40,277 nucleotides of DNA from Planctomycetaceae bacterium (GTDB lineage: Bacteria; Actinomycetota; UBA4738; HRBIN12), in NCBI GenBank assembly GCA_050257835.1, contig JBLMXP010000035.1:1-40277 (forward strand), given 5' to 3'. A program made the position numbers and the translations under genes. The notes beneath the pieces are model-generated. The model was given only the letters and a program-made list of their open reading frames with translations. It had not been told where the DNA came from and searched no databases. Positions 18,162-27,572 of this stretch are shown here, one piece after another (within the stretch, counting starts at the first letter, position 1; each line of letters starts with the position of its first letter).

Positions 18162-18187
18162 CGGAGGGCGGCCGGAGCCGCCCTCCG
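18162..18187 (+). terminator. hairpin downstream of the GYD gene (11-bp perfect stem, 4-nt loop)
   Basis: CGGAGGGCGGC-CGGA-GCCGCCCTCCG lies 25 nt after the stop at 18137. No T-tract, so function is inferred. Confidence 0.5.
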
Positions 18188-18232
18188 TCACACCGAGCAC
18201 GGGAACCGGGTAGCACGTGGCAGACTCGCTCG

Positions 18233-19012
18233 ATGGTGGACGACGTCGAGCGGCTCCATCACGGGCTCCGGACCGCGTTCGAGCGGGTGTCGGGGCTGGT
18301 GGACGGCGCCGAGTGGCGCGAGCACCGCGGCTGCTCGTCGCTCTCCTATCCGAGCGTCCCGGTGACGCTCTTCAACGGGGTGTGGCCGGTGGGTGTGGAC
18401 GTGCCCGCCGACGCTGAGGCCGCCGCCGATGTCGCGACCGCGGTGCAGGCCGTGGAGGACCGCGGCGGCCCCTGCGGCGTCTTCACGATCGAGGGCCGCC
18501 ATCCCGCCGTCGCGCGGGCAGCGCGAACCCTCGGGCTCACCGACGAGGAGCGGATCCCCGGGATGGTCGCCACCACCTCCTCGTTCCGTCCGGCGCACGA
18601 CGCCGGCCTGCGGTTCGTCGTGGTCGACGACGACGCCTCGATCCAGACCGCTTGGCGGGTGACGTGCGCGGGCTTCGAGGCGCCCGACGAGCTGTTCCGG
18701 CCCTTCTTCCAGCGCCGCCTGCTCGACCCCGGCGTGCGTCTGTGGCTCGCCTACGACGGCGACGAGGCGGTCTCCACCGCGCTCGGCTTCGCGCTCGACG
18801 GCGCGACTGGCGTCTTCAACGTCGCGACGCCGCCGCCGCACCGCCGCAAGGGGTACGGGGCGGCGGTGACGTCGCACGCCGTGCGCGACGGCTTCGAGCG
18901 TGGTTCGAGCTTCGCGTTCCTGCAGTCGAGCTCGATCGGGCACCCCGTGTACCGCGCGCTCGGGTTCGACGACGTCGCGACCTATCTCGTGCTCTCGCGC
19001 CCCGGCGACTGA
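18233..19012 (+). CDS. GNAT family N-acetyltransferase
   Basis: The C-terminal acetyl-CoA motif region is ...VATPPPHRRKGYGAAVTSHAVRDGFERG...YRALGF (GNAT motif A, R-x-x-G-x-G/A). Confidence 0.8.
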   Translation: MVDDVERLHHGLRTAFERVSGLVDGAEWREHRGCSSLSYPSVPVTLFNGVWPVGVDVPADAEAAADVATAVQAVEDRGGPCGVFTIEGRHPAVARAARTLGLTDEERIPGMVATTSSFRPAHDAGLRFVVVDDDASIQTAWRVTCAGFEAPDELFRPFFQRRLLDPGVRLWLAYDGDEAVSTALGFALDGATGVFNVATPPPHRRKGYGAAVTSHAVRDGFERGSSFAFLQSSSIGHPVYRALGFDDVATYLVLSRPGD

Positions 19013-19101
19013 GCGCCGACGTGCGTCCCCGGGGTCGCGGGACGGTCGGCCGATGTGCGCCGCCGCCCGTCGCGGGAGCGTGACGGGGAGAAGGAGGGGC
19101 G

Positions 19102-19554
19102 ATGGCGTACGTGATGATCGAGAAGGACGTAGCGTCGCAGCACGTGGCCGCGTTCCACGTCCATGGGGGGTTCGACCGGATCGGCGAGCAGGTCCAGGGC
19201 GCGTTCCACGCGCTGGGCCAGACGCTCGGCGAGCCCGCGGGGATGCCGTTCCTGGTCTACTGGGCGATGGACGCGGCCGACGGCACGATCGACCTCGACG
19301 TGTGCTGGCCGATCGAGCGCGAGGTTCGCGCCCAGGACGGGATCGCGCCGCTGGACCTGCCGGCCGCGCACGCGGTGAGCACCGTCCACCGCGGGCCCTA
19401 CGCCGAGGTCGGTCCGGCCTACGAGGCCCTGGAGACGTGGATCGCGGGGCACGGGGTAGCGCACGCAGGGCCGCCGCGCGAGATCTACCTGAACGACCCG
19501 CGCGAGGTTGGCGAGGACCAGGCGCTCACCGAGATCGTGATGCCCGTGGCCTGA
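19102..19554 (+). CDS. GyrI-like small-molecule-binding domain protein
   Basis: 150 aa. The pattern ...AVSTVHRGPYAEVGPAYEALETWIAGHG...REIYLNDP... is typical of GyrI-like/AraC-effector-binding domains. RBS GGAGAAGGAGG. Confidence 0.8.
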   Translation: MAYVMIEKDVASQHVAAFHVHGGFDRIGEQVQGAFHALGQTLGEPAGMPFLVYWAMDAADGTIDLDVCWPIEREVRAQDGIAPLDLPAAHAVSTVHRGPYAEVGPAYEALETWIAGHGVAHAGPPREIYLNDPREVGEDQALTEIVMPVA

Positions 19555-19666
19555 ACGCCGAGCGGGCTCTCGTCGAGAGCTGCTCTGGCCGTGCGTTGCG
19601 AAGCACGCTGGATGTGGTGCGCCCAGGGACCTGGGCGGGCGGCCCGAGGGGTGCGAGCCGCCTGCC

Positions 19667-21046
19667 ATGATGCCTCGCGTGGCCGAGACGAGCGCCGTGC
19701 CGTGGCGGGAGGTCTTCCGTGGACGCCGCGGCCGGCTGACCGCGGGGCTCCTGCTGCTCGAGGCGCTCTTCGCGGTGCAGGCCCTCGTGGTGGCGACGAT
19801 CATGCCGGACGTCCGCCGCGACCTCGGGATGGTTCAGCTCTACGGGCTCGCGTTCACGGCGACGAGCCTCGCGACGATCGCCGCGGTCCCGGTCGCCGGC
19901 CGGGCCGTCGACCGCTACGGCCCGGCCACCGTCCTCGTCCCTGCGCTCGGATCGTTCGCAGCCGGTCTCCTCGTGTCGGCCACCGCGCCGGCGATGCCGG
20001 TGCTGCTGGTCGGCCAGTTCCTCCAGGGGGCGGGCGCCGGCGCCCTCTACACGCTGTCGATCGGGACGATCGCGAAGACCTATCCCGACCGGATGCGGGC
20101 GCGCGTACTGGCGCTGCTCGCGTCGATGTGGATCCTGCCCGGTCTCGTCGGCCCTGGTCTCGGGGCGCTGATCGCCAGCACGGTCGGGTGGCGGTGGGCG
20201 TTCGTGGTGCCGCTGCCGGTCCTCGCGATCGGCTGGTACCTGATCGGGCCGGCGCTCGGGGAGATCCCGGCGGCCGGGCAGGCCGAGCATCTTGCGTTGC
20301 GATGGCCCTTGCAGCTCATGGTCGGGGCCGGGCTCGCCTTCACCTCGATGACCCTCGTGCGCTGGTGGGCGATCCCGATCTTCGCGGCCGGCCTCGCGCT
20401 CGCGATCCCTGCGTTGACCCGGATCGTGCCGCGGGGGACGTTCAGCGTTCGCCCAGGCTTGCCTGCCGCGGCCGCCGCCGCGTTCCTGCTCTCGCTCGGG
20501 TTCCTGGCGGTGGACGCGTTCGTCACGTTGATGCTGACCGAGGTCCGGGGCCTCTCGCTCGGCGAGGCGAGCGTCGCGATCACGGTCGCCACCCTCACGT
20601 GGGCGGGCGGCAGCGCGTGGCAGTCGGGAAGGACCGAGCGACTCGCGCTCGGCCGGCTCCTGTCGATCGGCGTCGCGCTCGTGGCGGTCGGCGAGGCAGG
20701 CGTCGCCACCGGGCTCGTGGTGGCGGTGCCCGTCGTCGTCGCGTACGTCGGGTGGGCGATCGTCGGTGCCGGGATGGGGATCTCGTTCCCCACGATCCCG
20801 TTGTCGGCGATGCGCGCGTCGGCCGTCGGGGAAGAGGCCGGCCAGGTCTCGGCGGTGCTGCTCGCCGACATGCTCGGCGCCGCGACCGGCGCCGGACTCG
20901 GCGGTGGGATGATCGCGACCGCTCGCGCGGCCGACGCGCCCGTCTCCGCCGGGCTCGCCGGCGCGTTCGCACTTGGGATCGCGACCATGCTTGTCCTGCT
21001 GGCCCTCGCGCGGCGGATCCCGGGGGCGGCGCCGTCCGAGGTGTGA
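19667..21046 (+). CDS. MFS transporter
   Basis: 459 aa with about 12-14 TM segments and a motif A-like AGRAVDRYGP. Confidence 0.85.
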   Translation: MMPRVAETSAVPWREVFRGRRGRLTAGLLLLEALFAVQALVVATIMPDVRRDLGMVQLYGLAFTATSLATIAAVPVAGRAVDRYGPATVLVPALGSFAAGLLVSATAPAMPVLLVGQFLQGAGAGALYTLSIGTIAKTYPDRMRARVLALLASMWILPGLVGPGLGALIASTVGWRWAFVVPLPVLAIGWYLIGPALGEIPAAGQAEHLALRWPLQLMVGAGLAFTSMTLVRWWAIPIFAAGLALAIPALTRIVPRGTFSVRPGLPAAAAAAFLLSLGFLAVDAFVTLMLTEVRGLSLGEASVAITVATLTWAGGSAWQSGRTERLALGRLLSIGVALVAVGEAGVATGLVVAVPVVVAYVGWAIVGAGMGISFPTIPLSAMRASAVGEEAGQVSAVLLADMLGAATGAGLGGGMIATARAADAPVSAGLAGAFALGIATMLVLLALARRIPGAAPSEV

Positions 21047-21048
21047 GG

Positions 21049-21864
21049 TCAGCCGAGGCCCGGCGCCGCCGCGCCGACGGTCCCCACGCGGGTGAACCCG
21101 ATCCGTTCGTATACGCGCGCGACGATCTCGTCTCCGGCGGACAGCAGCACGGTCTGCACGCCACGCGCGAAGGCGTCGCCGGCGATCTCGCTCGTCACCA
21201 GCGCGCCGAGGCCTCGACGGCGGTAGGCCGGGAGCGTCGCGACGCCGACGACCTCGCTCGCCCCGTCGACCGGCTGATGCGCCGCGTAGGCGACCGGGTG
21301 CCCCTCGACCCACACGGCCGCCACGACCGTGTGGCCCCGCGCGATCCGCTCGCGCTGGAACGCCAGGACGTCGCCGGGCATCGCGTCGACGTGGGAGGCG
21401 AGCGCCTCGGCGCCCGCGTCGCCGACCGCGGTCCCCGGCGCGCCGAACCCGACCGCCGGCACGGCGAGGATCGGGGCGAGCGCGGGCTCGTCCGCTGCGA
21501 CGAAGCGCACCTCGGCGCCGTCGACGCCGGGCGCCGGCGCGAACCGGTCGCGAGGGAGCACCATCAGCGGCCGGTCCTCGATCACCCCCAGGCCGGTCGC
21601 CGCGCACGCGGGCCCGACCGACGGCGAGAGGTCGACGATCCACTCGAACTCCTCGGGCTGCCCAAGCGCGCGCTGGCGCGCCCGCACGACGTCCACGTCC
21701 CGGCTGGTGACCGCGGCGGCCTCCGGTGTCGGCCGCGCGTAGTACCGCCAGCCGCGTCCCTCGTTGACGAACAACGTGAAGGGGCCGATCCGCTCGGCTC
21801 GGGCGACGGTCCGCGGCACGGCGTCGAGGTAGGCGTCGACCTGGCGCAGCAGCTCCTCGGACAC
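21049..21864 (-). CDS. GNAT family N-acetyltransferase
   Basis: C-terminal ...GVATLPAYRRRGLGALVTSEIAGDAFARG...VYERIGF is GNAT motif A. The GTG start at 21864 has TAGCCT (plus 21871-21876) 6 nt upstream. Confidence 0.8.
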   Translation of the reverse strand: MSEELLRQVDAYLDAVPRTVARAERIGPFTLFVNEGRGWRYYARPTPEAAAVTSRDVDVVRARQRALGQPEEFEWIVDLSPSVGPACAATGLGVIEDRPLMVLPRDRFAPAPGVDGAEVRFVAADEPALAPILAVPAVGFGAPGTAVGDAGAEALASHVDAMPGDVLAFQRERIARGHTVVAAVWVEGHPVAYAAHQPVDGASEVVGVATLPAYRRRGLGALVTSEIAGDAFARGVQTVLLSAGDEIVARVYERIGFTRVGTVGAAAPGLG

Positions 21865-21975
21865 CGGGCAAGGCTACGCCGGCATCCCGCAGGTTGCGGG
21901 CCGCTCGACCCCGGCGCCGCCCGCGGCCCTCCCCGATGATGGCCGTATCCGCAAGGGTCGAGGGAGGTGTCGGTG

Positions 21976-22887
21976 ATGCGCCGAGTGATGGCGCTCGCGG
22001 CCGCGGTGGCGCTCGCGCTCCTGCCGGTGTCGCCCGCGTTCGCGGCGACGGCGGAAGGTCAGCGCAACAGCCTGGTCGTGTTGCAGGGCGACGCGGTGGT
22101 GCCCGCGGGCGAGACCGTCGACGCGGTGGTCGCGTTCGACGGCGCGGTGCGCGTGGACGGCACGGTCCGACAGAGCGTCGTGGCGTTCCACGGCCCCGTC
22201 ACGATCACGGGTTCGGTCGAGCGCGACGTGGTGGTCTTCGACGGACAGCTGCGGCTGCTCTCGGGGTCCACGGTCGGAGGCAACGTGGTGGCGAAGGACC
22301 CGATGATCGCGCCAGGGGCGCGCGTCGAGGGGACGGTCTCGTCGACCTGGCAGCTCGAGTGGGCGTTCCAGGGAGCCGGGGTCGTGTTCGGGCTGCTCGT
22401 CTGGTTCATGGTCGCCGTGTCGGTCCTCGTGCTCGGGTTCATCCTGCTCGGGCTGGCGCCGCGCGCCGCCGACGCGACCTACGCCGCGATGCGCGCGTCG
22501 GTCGGCGGCACGATCGGGTGGGGTCTGCTCGTGGTGATCGGCCTCCCGATCGTCGGGATGGTGGCGATCGCCACGCTCGTCGGGCTGCCGCTGGGGCTCG
22601 GGATCCTGCTCGCGCTCGCGCTGCTGTTCGGGATCGGTCACACGACCGGGGCGTGGCTGCTCGGCCGTTCGATCACGCACGACCGCTCGCGCGCGGTGGC
22701 GTTCTTGCTCGGATGGGCGATCCTGAGCGCGGCCGCGCTCGTGCCGGTGCTCGGCCAACTCGTGTGGCTGGGGGCGACGGTCATGGGTCTCGGCGGGCTC
22801 GTGCTCGCGCTGTGGCACGCGCGCCGGGCGACCGCGGAGGCGCCGGTGCCGCAGATCCCGCCCGCGCCGCTCGGACATACGGCGTAG
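21976..22887 (+). CDS. exported/membrane protein with bactofilin-like (polymer-forming beta-helix repeat) N-domain and polytopic C-domain
   Basis: Signal-like MRRVMALAAAVALALLPVSPAFA, then repeated G-x-V/D-x-V motifs (VVPAGETVDAVVAFDGAVRVDGTVRQSVVAFHGPVTITGSVERDVVVFDG...GGNVV), then about 5 TM helices. The start could be GTG 21967, GTG 21973 or ATG 21976. ATG is chosen for its spacing to GGAGG (21962-21966). Confidence 0.55.
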   Translation: MRRVMALAAAVALALLPVSPAFAATAEGQRNSLVVLQGDAVVPAGETVDAVVAFDGAVRVDGTVRQSVVAFHGPVTITGSVERDVVVFDGQLRLLSGSTVGGNVVAKDPMIAPGARVEGTVSSTWQLEWAFQGAGVVFGLLVWFMVAVSVLVLGFILLGLAPRAADATYAAMRASVGGTIGWGLLVVIGLPIVGMVAIATLVGLPLGLGILLALALLFGIGHTTGAWLLGRSITHDRSRAVAFLLGWAILSAAALVPVLGQLVWLGATVMGLGGLVLALWHARRATAEAPVPQIPPAPLGHTA

Positions 22888-22975
22888 CCATCGTTGCCGC
22901 TCAGGGCATAGGCTAGGGGCCCGGCGATCGCCCGGCCGTCCGCGACGGCTACCGGGGGAGAAGGAGCGACCGACG

Positions 22976-24703
22976 ATGACCCGTTACCTGTGCGTGCACC
23001 CGTCCCACGAGCGTGAGGGACGCCTGCGCCCGGTCGACGTCACGGCCCAGGTGCGCCTCGAGCGCGCGTTCGCGCCGCGGTCCTCCGCCTACCTCGCGAT
23101 CTCCGAGGACGTGCTTCGTCGAGTGCCCCAGGTCCGCGCGAGCTCCACCGAGGACAGGGTGCGCGCGATCCGCGAGATCCTCACCGGCACGCCCTGGCCC
23201 CTGGACGCGCCGGTCGTGCTCGTCTCCGAACGGCGGGCGCAGCGGTCTCCGGGTCTGTTCGAGCTGGACGAGCTCCGGTCATCCGAGCGCACGGTCGAGG
23301 ACCTCCTCCGGCGGGCCAGCGGCATCGACCGTGGGGGCGGGGGGTCCGACGACCTGGTGATGCTCGCCGACGGCGGCGAGGTCACCGAGCCCCGCTCCCT
23401 GCCGGCCTCGCAGGGCGGCCTCGACACCGAGACCGCGGTCCGTACGGCGCCGCAGCGTACCCGGGTGATCCCGCAGGGCATCTTCCCGGCGCAGAGCCTG
23501 GCGCTGGCGCTCGCCCAGGCTCGCGGCGACGAGGACTCGATCGTCGAGGCGATCCGCTCGGTCCCCCTGTACCGCGAGCCCCGCGGCGAGCAGGAGCGGC
23601 GCGCCTGGCGGGTCGTGGTCGAGTGCCCGGTGGCGACGGGGGAGCCGCCGCTCGCGCATCGGACGGTCTTCACCGGGACCGGCGAGCAGGAGCCCGCCTT
23701 CGTGTTCGGCACGCCGGCCGAAGGGACGTGGGACGCGCTGATCGAGGACGCCGCGGCCGCCGAGTTCGCGCCGCGTACCACGGTGAGGGCGGCGACATGG
23801 CGGCTGCGGGCGACGGTGATCGCCGAGCTCGTGATCGTCGTCGTGCTCGCCGTGCTCGGGTGGCTCTCGGGCGGGCTCGCCACGGCGATGCGCGAGACGC
23901 CCGGGTGGTTCGGGCTGGGCCTGGCGCTGGCCGTGTCGGCGGTGGCGATCGGCGCGTTCGGCCTGTTCGCGCCGGCCCGCCCCGATGGGAACCCGAACGA
24001 CACCCTCGTCCTTCGTCGCTCCTACGAGAGTCGGGTCGACCTGTTGTGGTGGTCCTCCGTGCTGTCGGTGGGCCTGTTCGCGGCGGCGCTCGTGGCGACG
24101 CTGGTGCCGACCGCGCTCGTGTCCGAGCACGTCGTCCCCTCACCGACGATCGCGTTCGACACGACGAAGCGGCCCGTGATCGCGGACGTCCGGCTTGAGG
24201 CGACGGGGCTGCCGACCGACGCCGTCTTGATCGTGGACATGCGACAGTTCGGTTCGGGGGACACGACCGGGACGCTCGTCGGACGGAGCTCTGCCACGGG
24301 CGACGCGAACGGCGTCGCGCGCGTCCACGAGACCGTGTCGCTCGACCAGAAGGCGCAGTACCTGGCCGTGATGGTGGTGCGGCAGGGCGACACGCCGCCG
24401 ACCTGCACCCCCGAGGCGGTGCAGGGGCCGGGATGCACGATCGTGGCGGTGCCCCCGCTCGGCGCCGGCGTCACGATCGTGCCGAGCCCGGCGACCCTCC
24501 CGTCGGTCGCGCCGAGCGCCAGCGCGTTCCCGAGCGCCAGCACGTTCCCGAGCGCCAGCGCGTTCCCGAGCGCGAGCGTGTCGCCGAGCGCCGGCGTGTT
24601 CCCCAGCGCCGTGTTCCCGAGCGCCGCGTTCCCGAGCGCGAGCGCCTCGGCGAGCGGCACCCCGACGCTCAGCGTCTCGCCGAGCCCGTCGCCCGGCGCC
24701 TAG
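22976..24703 (+). CDS. hypothetical membrane protein (cytoplasmic N-domain, 3 TM, extracytoplasmic domain, repetitive FPSASA tail)
   Basis: 575 aa with good RBS GAGAAGGAG. TM segments at about aa 275-400. No family recognised. The C-terminus is encoded by an 18-bp tandem repeat. Confidence 0.65.
   Translation: MTRYLCVHPSHEREGRLRPVDVTAQVRLERAFAPRSSAYLAISEDVLRRVPQVRASSTEDRVRAIREILTGTPWPLDAPVVLVSERRAQRSPGLFELDELRSSERTVEDLLRRASGIDRGGGGSDDLVMLADGGEVTEPRSLPASQGGLDTETAVRTAPQRTRVIPQGIFPAQSLALALAQARGDEDSIVEAIRSVPLYREPRGEQERRAWRVVVECPVATGEPPLAHRTVFTGTGEQEPAFVFGTPAEGTWDALIEDAAAAEFAPRTTVRAATWRLRATVIAELVIVVVLAVLGWLSGGLATAMRETPGWFGLGLALAVSAVAIGAFGLFAPARPDGNPNDTLVLRRSYESRVDLLWWSSVLSVGLFAAALVATLVPTALVSEHVVPSPTIAFDTTKRPVIADVRLEATGLPTDAVLIVDMRQFGSGDTTGTLVGRSSATGDANGVARVHETVSLDQKAQYLAVMVVRQGDTPPTCTPEAVQGPGCTIVAVPPLGAGVTIVPSPATLPSVAPSASAFPSASTFPSASAFPSASVSPSAGVFPSAVFPSAAFPSASASASGTPTLSVSPSPSPGA
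24506..24655 (+). repeat. in-frame 18-bp (some 15-bp) tandem repeat, about 8 units, encoding (A/V/T)FPSAS
   Basis: The units are: gtcgcgccgagcgccagc, gcgttcccgagcgccagc, acgttcccgagcgccagc, gcgttcccgagcgcgagc, gtgtcgccgagcgccggc, gtgttccccagcgcc, gtgttcccgagcgcc, gcgttcccgagcgcgagc. They translate to VAPSAS AFPSAS TFPSAS AFPSAS VSPSAG VFPSA VFPSA AFPSAS. Confidence 0.85.
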
Positions 24704-24731
24704 CGCGCAGGGGCCCACCCGGAGCCGACGC

Positions 24732-27572
24732 TCAGCGCGGCCGGCGTGCCTCCTCCTGCTCGGCGCGTCGCCACCGCTCCGCCGCCTCGGCCTCGTCGCC
24801 GCGGCGCTCCGCGACCTTCGCGAGCGCGCGCCAGGTCCACGACGCGAGCTGGCGTTCGCCGAGCTCCTCGGAGATCCGCACGGCCTGGCGGAGGTCGTCC
24901 TCGGCCTCGTCGAGCCGGCCGAGCTCGCGCTCGACGATCCCGCGCTCGGCGAGCGCGTCGCCCAGCTCCCACCGCGCGCCGAGCTCCGAGAAGGTGGCGA
25001 TCGCGTGATCGAGGTGAGGCAGGGCGTCGTCGAACCTGCCGAGGTCCTCCTCGATCCGCCCGCGCTGGGTGGAGGTGACCGCGACGCTGAAGCGGTCGCC
25101 GGTCTCGTCGGCCAGCGACTGGGCCTCCTCGATCAGCAGCGTCGCCTCCTCGAACTCGTCGAGGTGCTCGCAGTTGATCGACAGGGACGTGAGCGCGCGG
25201 ATCTCGGCCCAGCGGTCGCCGTCGGCGCGAGCCAGCTCGAGCGCCCTGCGCCAGATCGGGTCGGCGTCCGGGTAGTCCTCGCGCGTCCAGGGCACCCATC
25301 CGGCGAACAGCAGCGTGCGGGTGATCGCGCGCGTGTCGCCGAGCCGCTCGGCCGCCTCGAGCGCGCGGGCCAGGAGCGACTCGGCCTCCTCAAGGTCGGC
25401 GTCGACGTTGATCGCCATGTCGCCGAGGAACCGCAGCGCCCTCGAGCGCGCCCGGTCGTCGTCGAAGCGGTCGGCGAGCACCAGGGCGCGCTGCATCGCT
25501 TCCTTCGCGGCCGGATACTCGCCGAGCCAGTAGCGCGCCTCGCCCATGCCCGAGAGCACCTGCGCCTCGCGCTCGGTCCAGGTCTCCTCGGGGCCCGCCA
25601 TCGCGAGCGCGCGCTGGAACGCGTCGACGGCGGACCGGCTCTCCATCCGCCGGCGCGCGCGGTCGCCCGCCCGCCCGAGGGCCTCCGCGGCGCGCTCGGG
25701 GAGCGAGCGGTCGTTGGGGTCGAGGTCGAGCGAAGCGAGCGCCGCCGCCTCGAGGTGCTCGGCGGCCCACGAGTCGCGGTGCTGGGCCTCCAGCGCGTCG
25801 GCGATCGCGACGTGCAGGGCCAGCCGTTCGCGCTTGGGAAGGCTCGCGTAGGCGACGTCACGGAGGGTGTCGTGCCGGAAGCGCCACCGCCAGGACGTCT
25901 TGGGGTCGTCCTGCACCACGATCTCGGCGTCGATCAGCTCCTGCATGTCGGCGTCGCTGCAGTCCGGCGCCACCAGCGCGGCTTCGGTCCGATCGAACGA
26001 GTACAGGTAGACCGACAGCCGCCGTGCGAGCGTGCGCTGGGCGGGCGGCAGGGCGTCCAGGCGCGCGGCGACCATCGCCTGAACGGTGGGCGGCATCGTC
26101 CGGCGCCCCGCTCCGCCGCTCTCTCGGTCGCGGATCAGCATCCCGGTGGACTCCACGATGAAGAACGGGTTCCCCCCGGCGCGCGCCGCGACGTCGGCGG
26201 CTTCGGTCTCCTCGATCCGGCCTCCGCCCGCCTGCCGCGCCAACGAGACGGACTCACCGGAGGAGAGCGGCTCGAGGCGGAGCAGGACGTGGTTCACGGC
26301 GTGAGATCCCCACGCCACGCGCTCCTCGAGCAGCGGCGGCCGCGCCGCCACGAGCACGAGCAGCCGTCCCGGACCGGGCGCGCCCCGCGCCGTCACGCGC
26401 TCGATCAGGTCCAGCATCGGCGCGCGGAACGCGTGGGCGTCGTCGAACACGAGCGTGACCGGGCGCTCGCGCGCGAGTCCCTCGATCGTCGCGACGAACC
26501 CCGCCTGGACCTCCTGCACGAACACCGCTTCTTCTCTGTGCTCGCCGTCGAGCCCCAGGAGCAGCGACAGGCGCGCGGCCACGCGCTCGGCCTCCCCGTC
26601 GGTCGCCACGCGCTCGGCGAGCTCGCGGACCCGGCGCACGGCCTTCTCCGGCGGGTCGTCGTCGGTGAGGCCGGCGGCATCGCGGATCATCGCGGCGGCC
26701 GGCGCGAAGCTGGCGCTCTCGGAGACGAGCGAGCTCCTGCCGACCAGCAGGACGTCGTCGGGGTCGGTGCCGGCGATGAACTCGTCGGCGAGGCGTGACT
26801 TGCCGATCCCCGGCTCACCGACCACGGTGAACAGGATCGGCCGCCGGGTGGCGACCGCGCGCGCGTGGGACTGCCGCAGGATCGTGAGCTCGTCGAAGCG
26901 CCCGACGAACGGGATCGTGCGGCGGGCCGAACGCGTGGTGAGCCCCTCGGCCGGGTAGGCGATCAGCCCGCCGGCGAACCCCTTGGCCTGGACCTTGCGG
27001 GGCTCGCCCACCGCGACGGACCCCTCGGTGAGCGCATGGGCGGTCTCCCCGACGAGGATCTCGCCGGGCCCGGCGGCGGCCTGCAGCCGCGCGGCGGCGT
27101 TCACGACCGGTCCGGTGACGAGCGACTGGCCGCTGGGCCCGACCCCGGTGGCGGCCTCGCCCGACTCGACCCCCACGCGGATCTGCAGCGGCTCGTCCAG
27201 CCCGAGCTCCACGGACAGCCGCGCGACGCGACCACGGATCGCGAACCCGGCCCGGATCGCGCGGACGGCGTCGTCTTCGTGGACCTGCGGCAGGCCGAAC
27301 ACGGCCATCACCGCGTCGCCGATGAACTTCTCGGGCTGGCCGCGCAGGGCCGTCAGCTCCTCGGCGGCGGCGTCGTAGAAGCGGCCGAGGACCTCGCGCG
27401 CCCGCTCCGGGTCCAGGCGTTGCGCGAGCCCGGTGGAATCCACCAGGTCCACGAACACGACCGCGACCATCTTGCGCTCCTCGGTGCCCAGCGAGGACGC
27501 CACCGGCGTGCCGCACGACGGACAGTAGCGGGCGTCGGCGGGGAGCTCGCGGCCGCAGACCGAGCAGGGCAT
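24732..27572 (-). CDS. zinc-ribbon / class III adenylate-guanylate cyclase / AAA(STAND-type) ATPase / TPR multidomain protein (paralog of 10184..13504)
   Basis: 946 aa.
- Zinc ribbon: CSVCG...CPSCG.
- Cyclase motifs: FVDLVDST, KFIGDAVMAVFG, GPVVNAAARLQ.
- Walker A GEPGIGKS and Walker B-like LVFDDAHAF.
- TPR-rich C-terminus.
- TATGCT (plus 27579-27584) lies 6 nt upstream of ATG 27572. Confidence 0.9.
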   Translation of the reverse strand: MPCSVCGRELPADARYCPSCGTPVASSLGTEERKMVAVVFVDLVDSTGLAQRLDPERAREVLGRFYDAAAEELTALRGQPEKFIGDAVMAVFGLPQVHEDDAVRAIRAGFAIRGRVARLSVELGLDEPLQIRVGVESGEAATGVGPSGQSLVTGPVVNAAARLQAAAGPGEILVGETAHALTEGSVAVGEPRKVQAKGFAGGLIAYPAEGLTTRSARRTIPFVGRFDELTILRQSHARAVATRRPILFTVVGEPGIGKSRLADEFIAGTDPDDVLLVGRSSLVSESASFAPAAAMIRDAAGLTDDDPPEKAVRRVRELAERVATDGEAERVAARLSLLLGLDGEHREEAVFVQEVQAGFVATIEGLARERPVTLVFDDAHAFRAPMLDLIERVTARGAPGPGRLLVLVAARPPLLEERVAWGSHAVNHVLLRLEPLSSGESVSLARQAGGGRIEETEAADVAARAGGNPFFIVESTGMLIRDRESGGAGRRTMPPTVQAMVAARLDALPPAQRTLARRLSVYLYSFDRTEAALVAPDCSDADMQELIDAEIVVQDDPKTSWRWRFRHDTLRDVAYASLPKRERLALHVAIADALEAQHRDSWAAEHLEAAALASLDLDPNDRSLPERAAEALGRAGDRARRRMESRSAVDAFQRALAMAGPEETWTEREAQVLSGMGEARYWLGEYPAAKEAMQRALVLADRFDDDRARSRALRFLGDMAINVDADLEEAESLLARALEAAERLGDTRAITRTLLFAGWVPWTREDYPDADPIWRRALELARADGDRWAEIRALTSLSINCEHLDEFEEATLLIEEAQSLADETGDRFSVAVTSTQRGRIEEDLGRFDDALPHLDHAIATFSELGARWELGDALAERGIVERELGRLDEAEDDLRQAVRISEELGERQLASWTWRALAKVAERRGDEAEAAERWRRAEQEEARRPR

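Noticed and set aside
18233-21864. The GNAT / GyrI-like / MFS / GNAT block as a horizontally acquired drug-resistance island.
   Set aside because: There is no integrase, transposase, tRNA border, flanking repeat or compositional shift. The gene families are common chromosomal housekeeping or accessory genes in actinobacteria.
22941-22950. GGCGATCGCC and the many other GCGATCGC-type palindromes scattered through the window (HIP1-like).
   Set aside because: They mostly fall inside coding regions, where GCG-ATC-GCG (Ala-Ile-Ala and similar) codon strings are expected at this GC content. I saw no positional pattern.
24506-24655. Short, regularly spaced direct repeats that might be mistaken for a CRISPR array or minisatellite.
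   Set aside because: The units are contiguous with no spacers. They are 15-18 bp long and in frame within a coding region, encoding FPSAS(A). No cas genes are present in the window.
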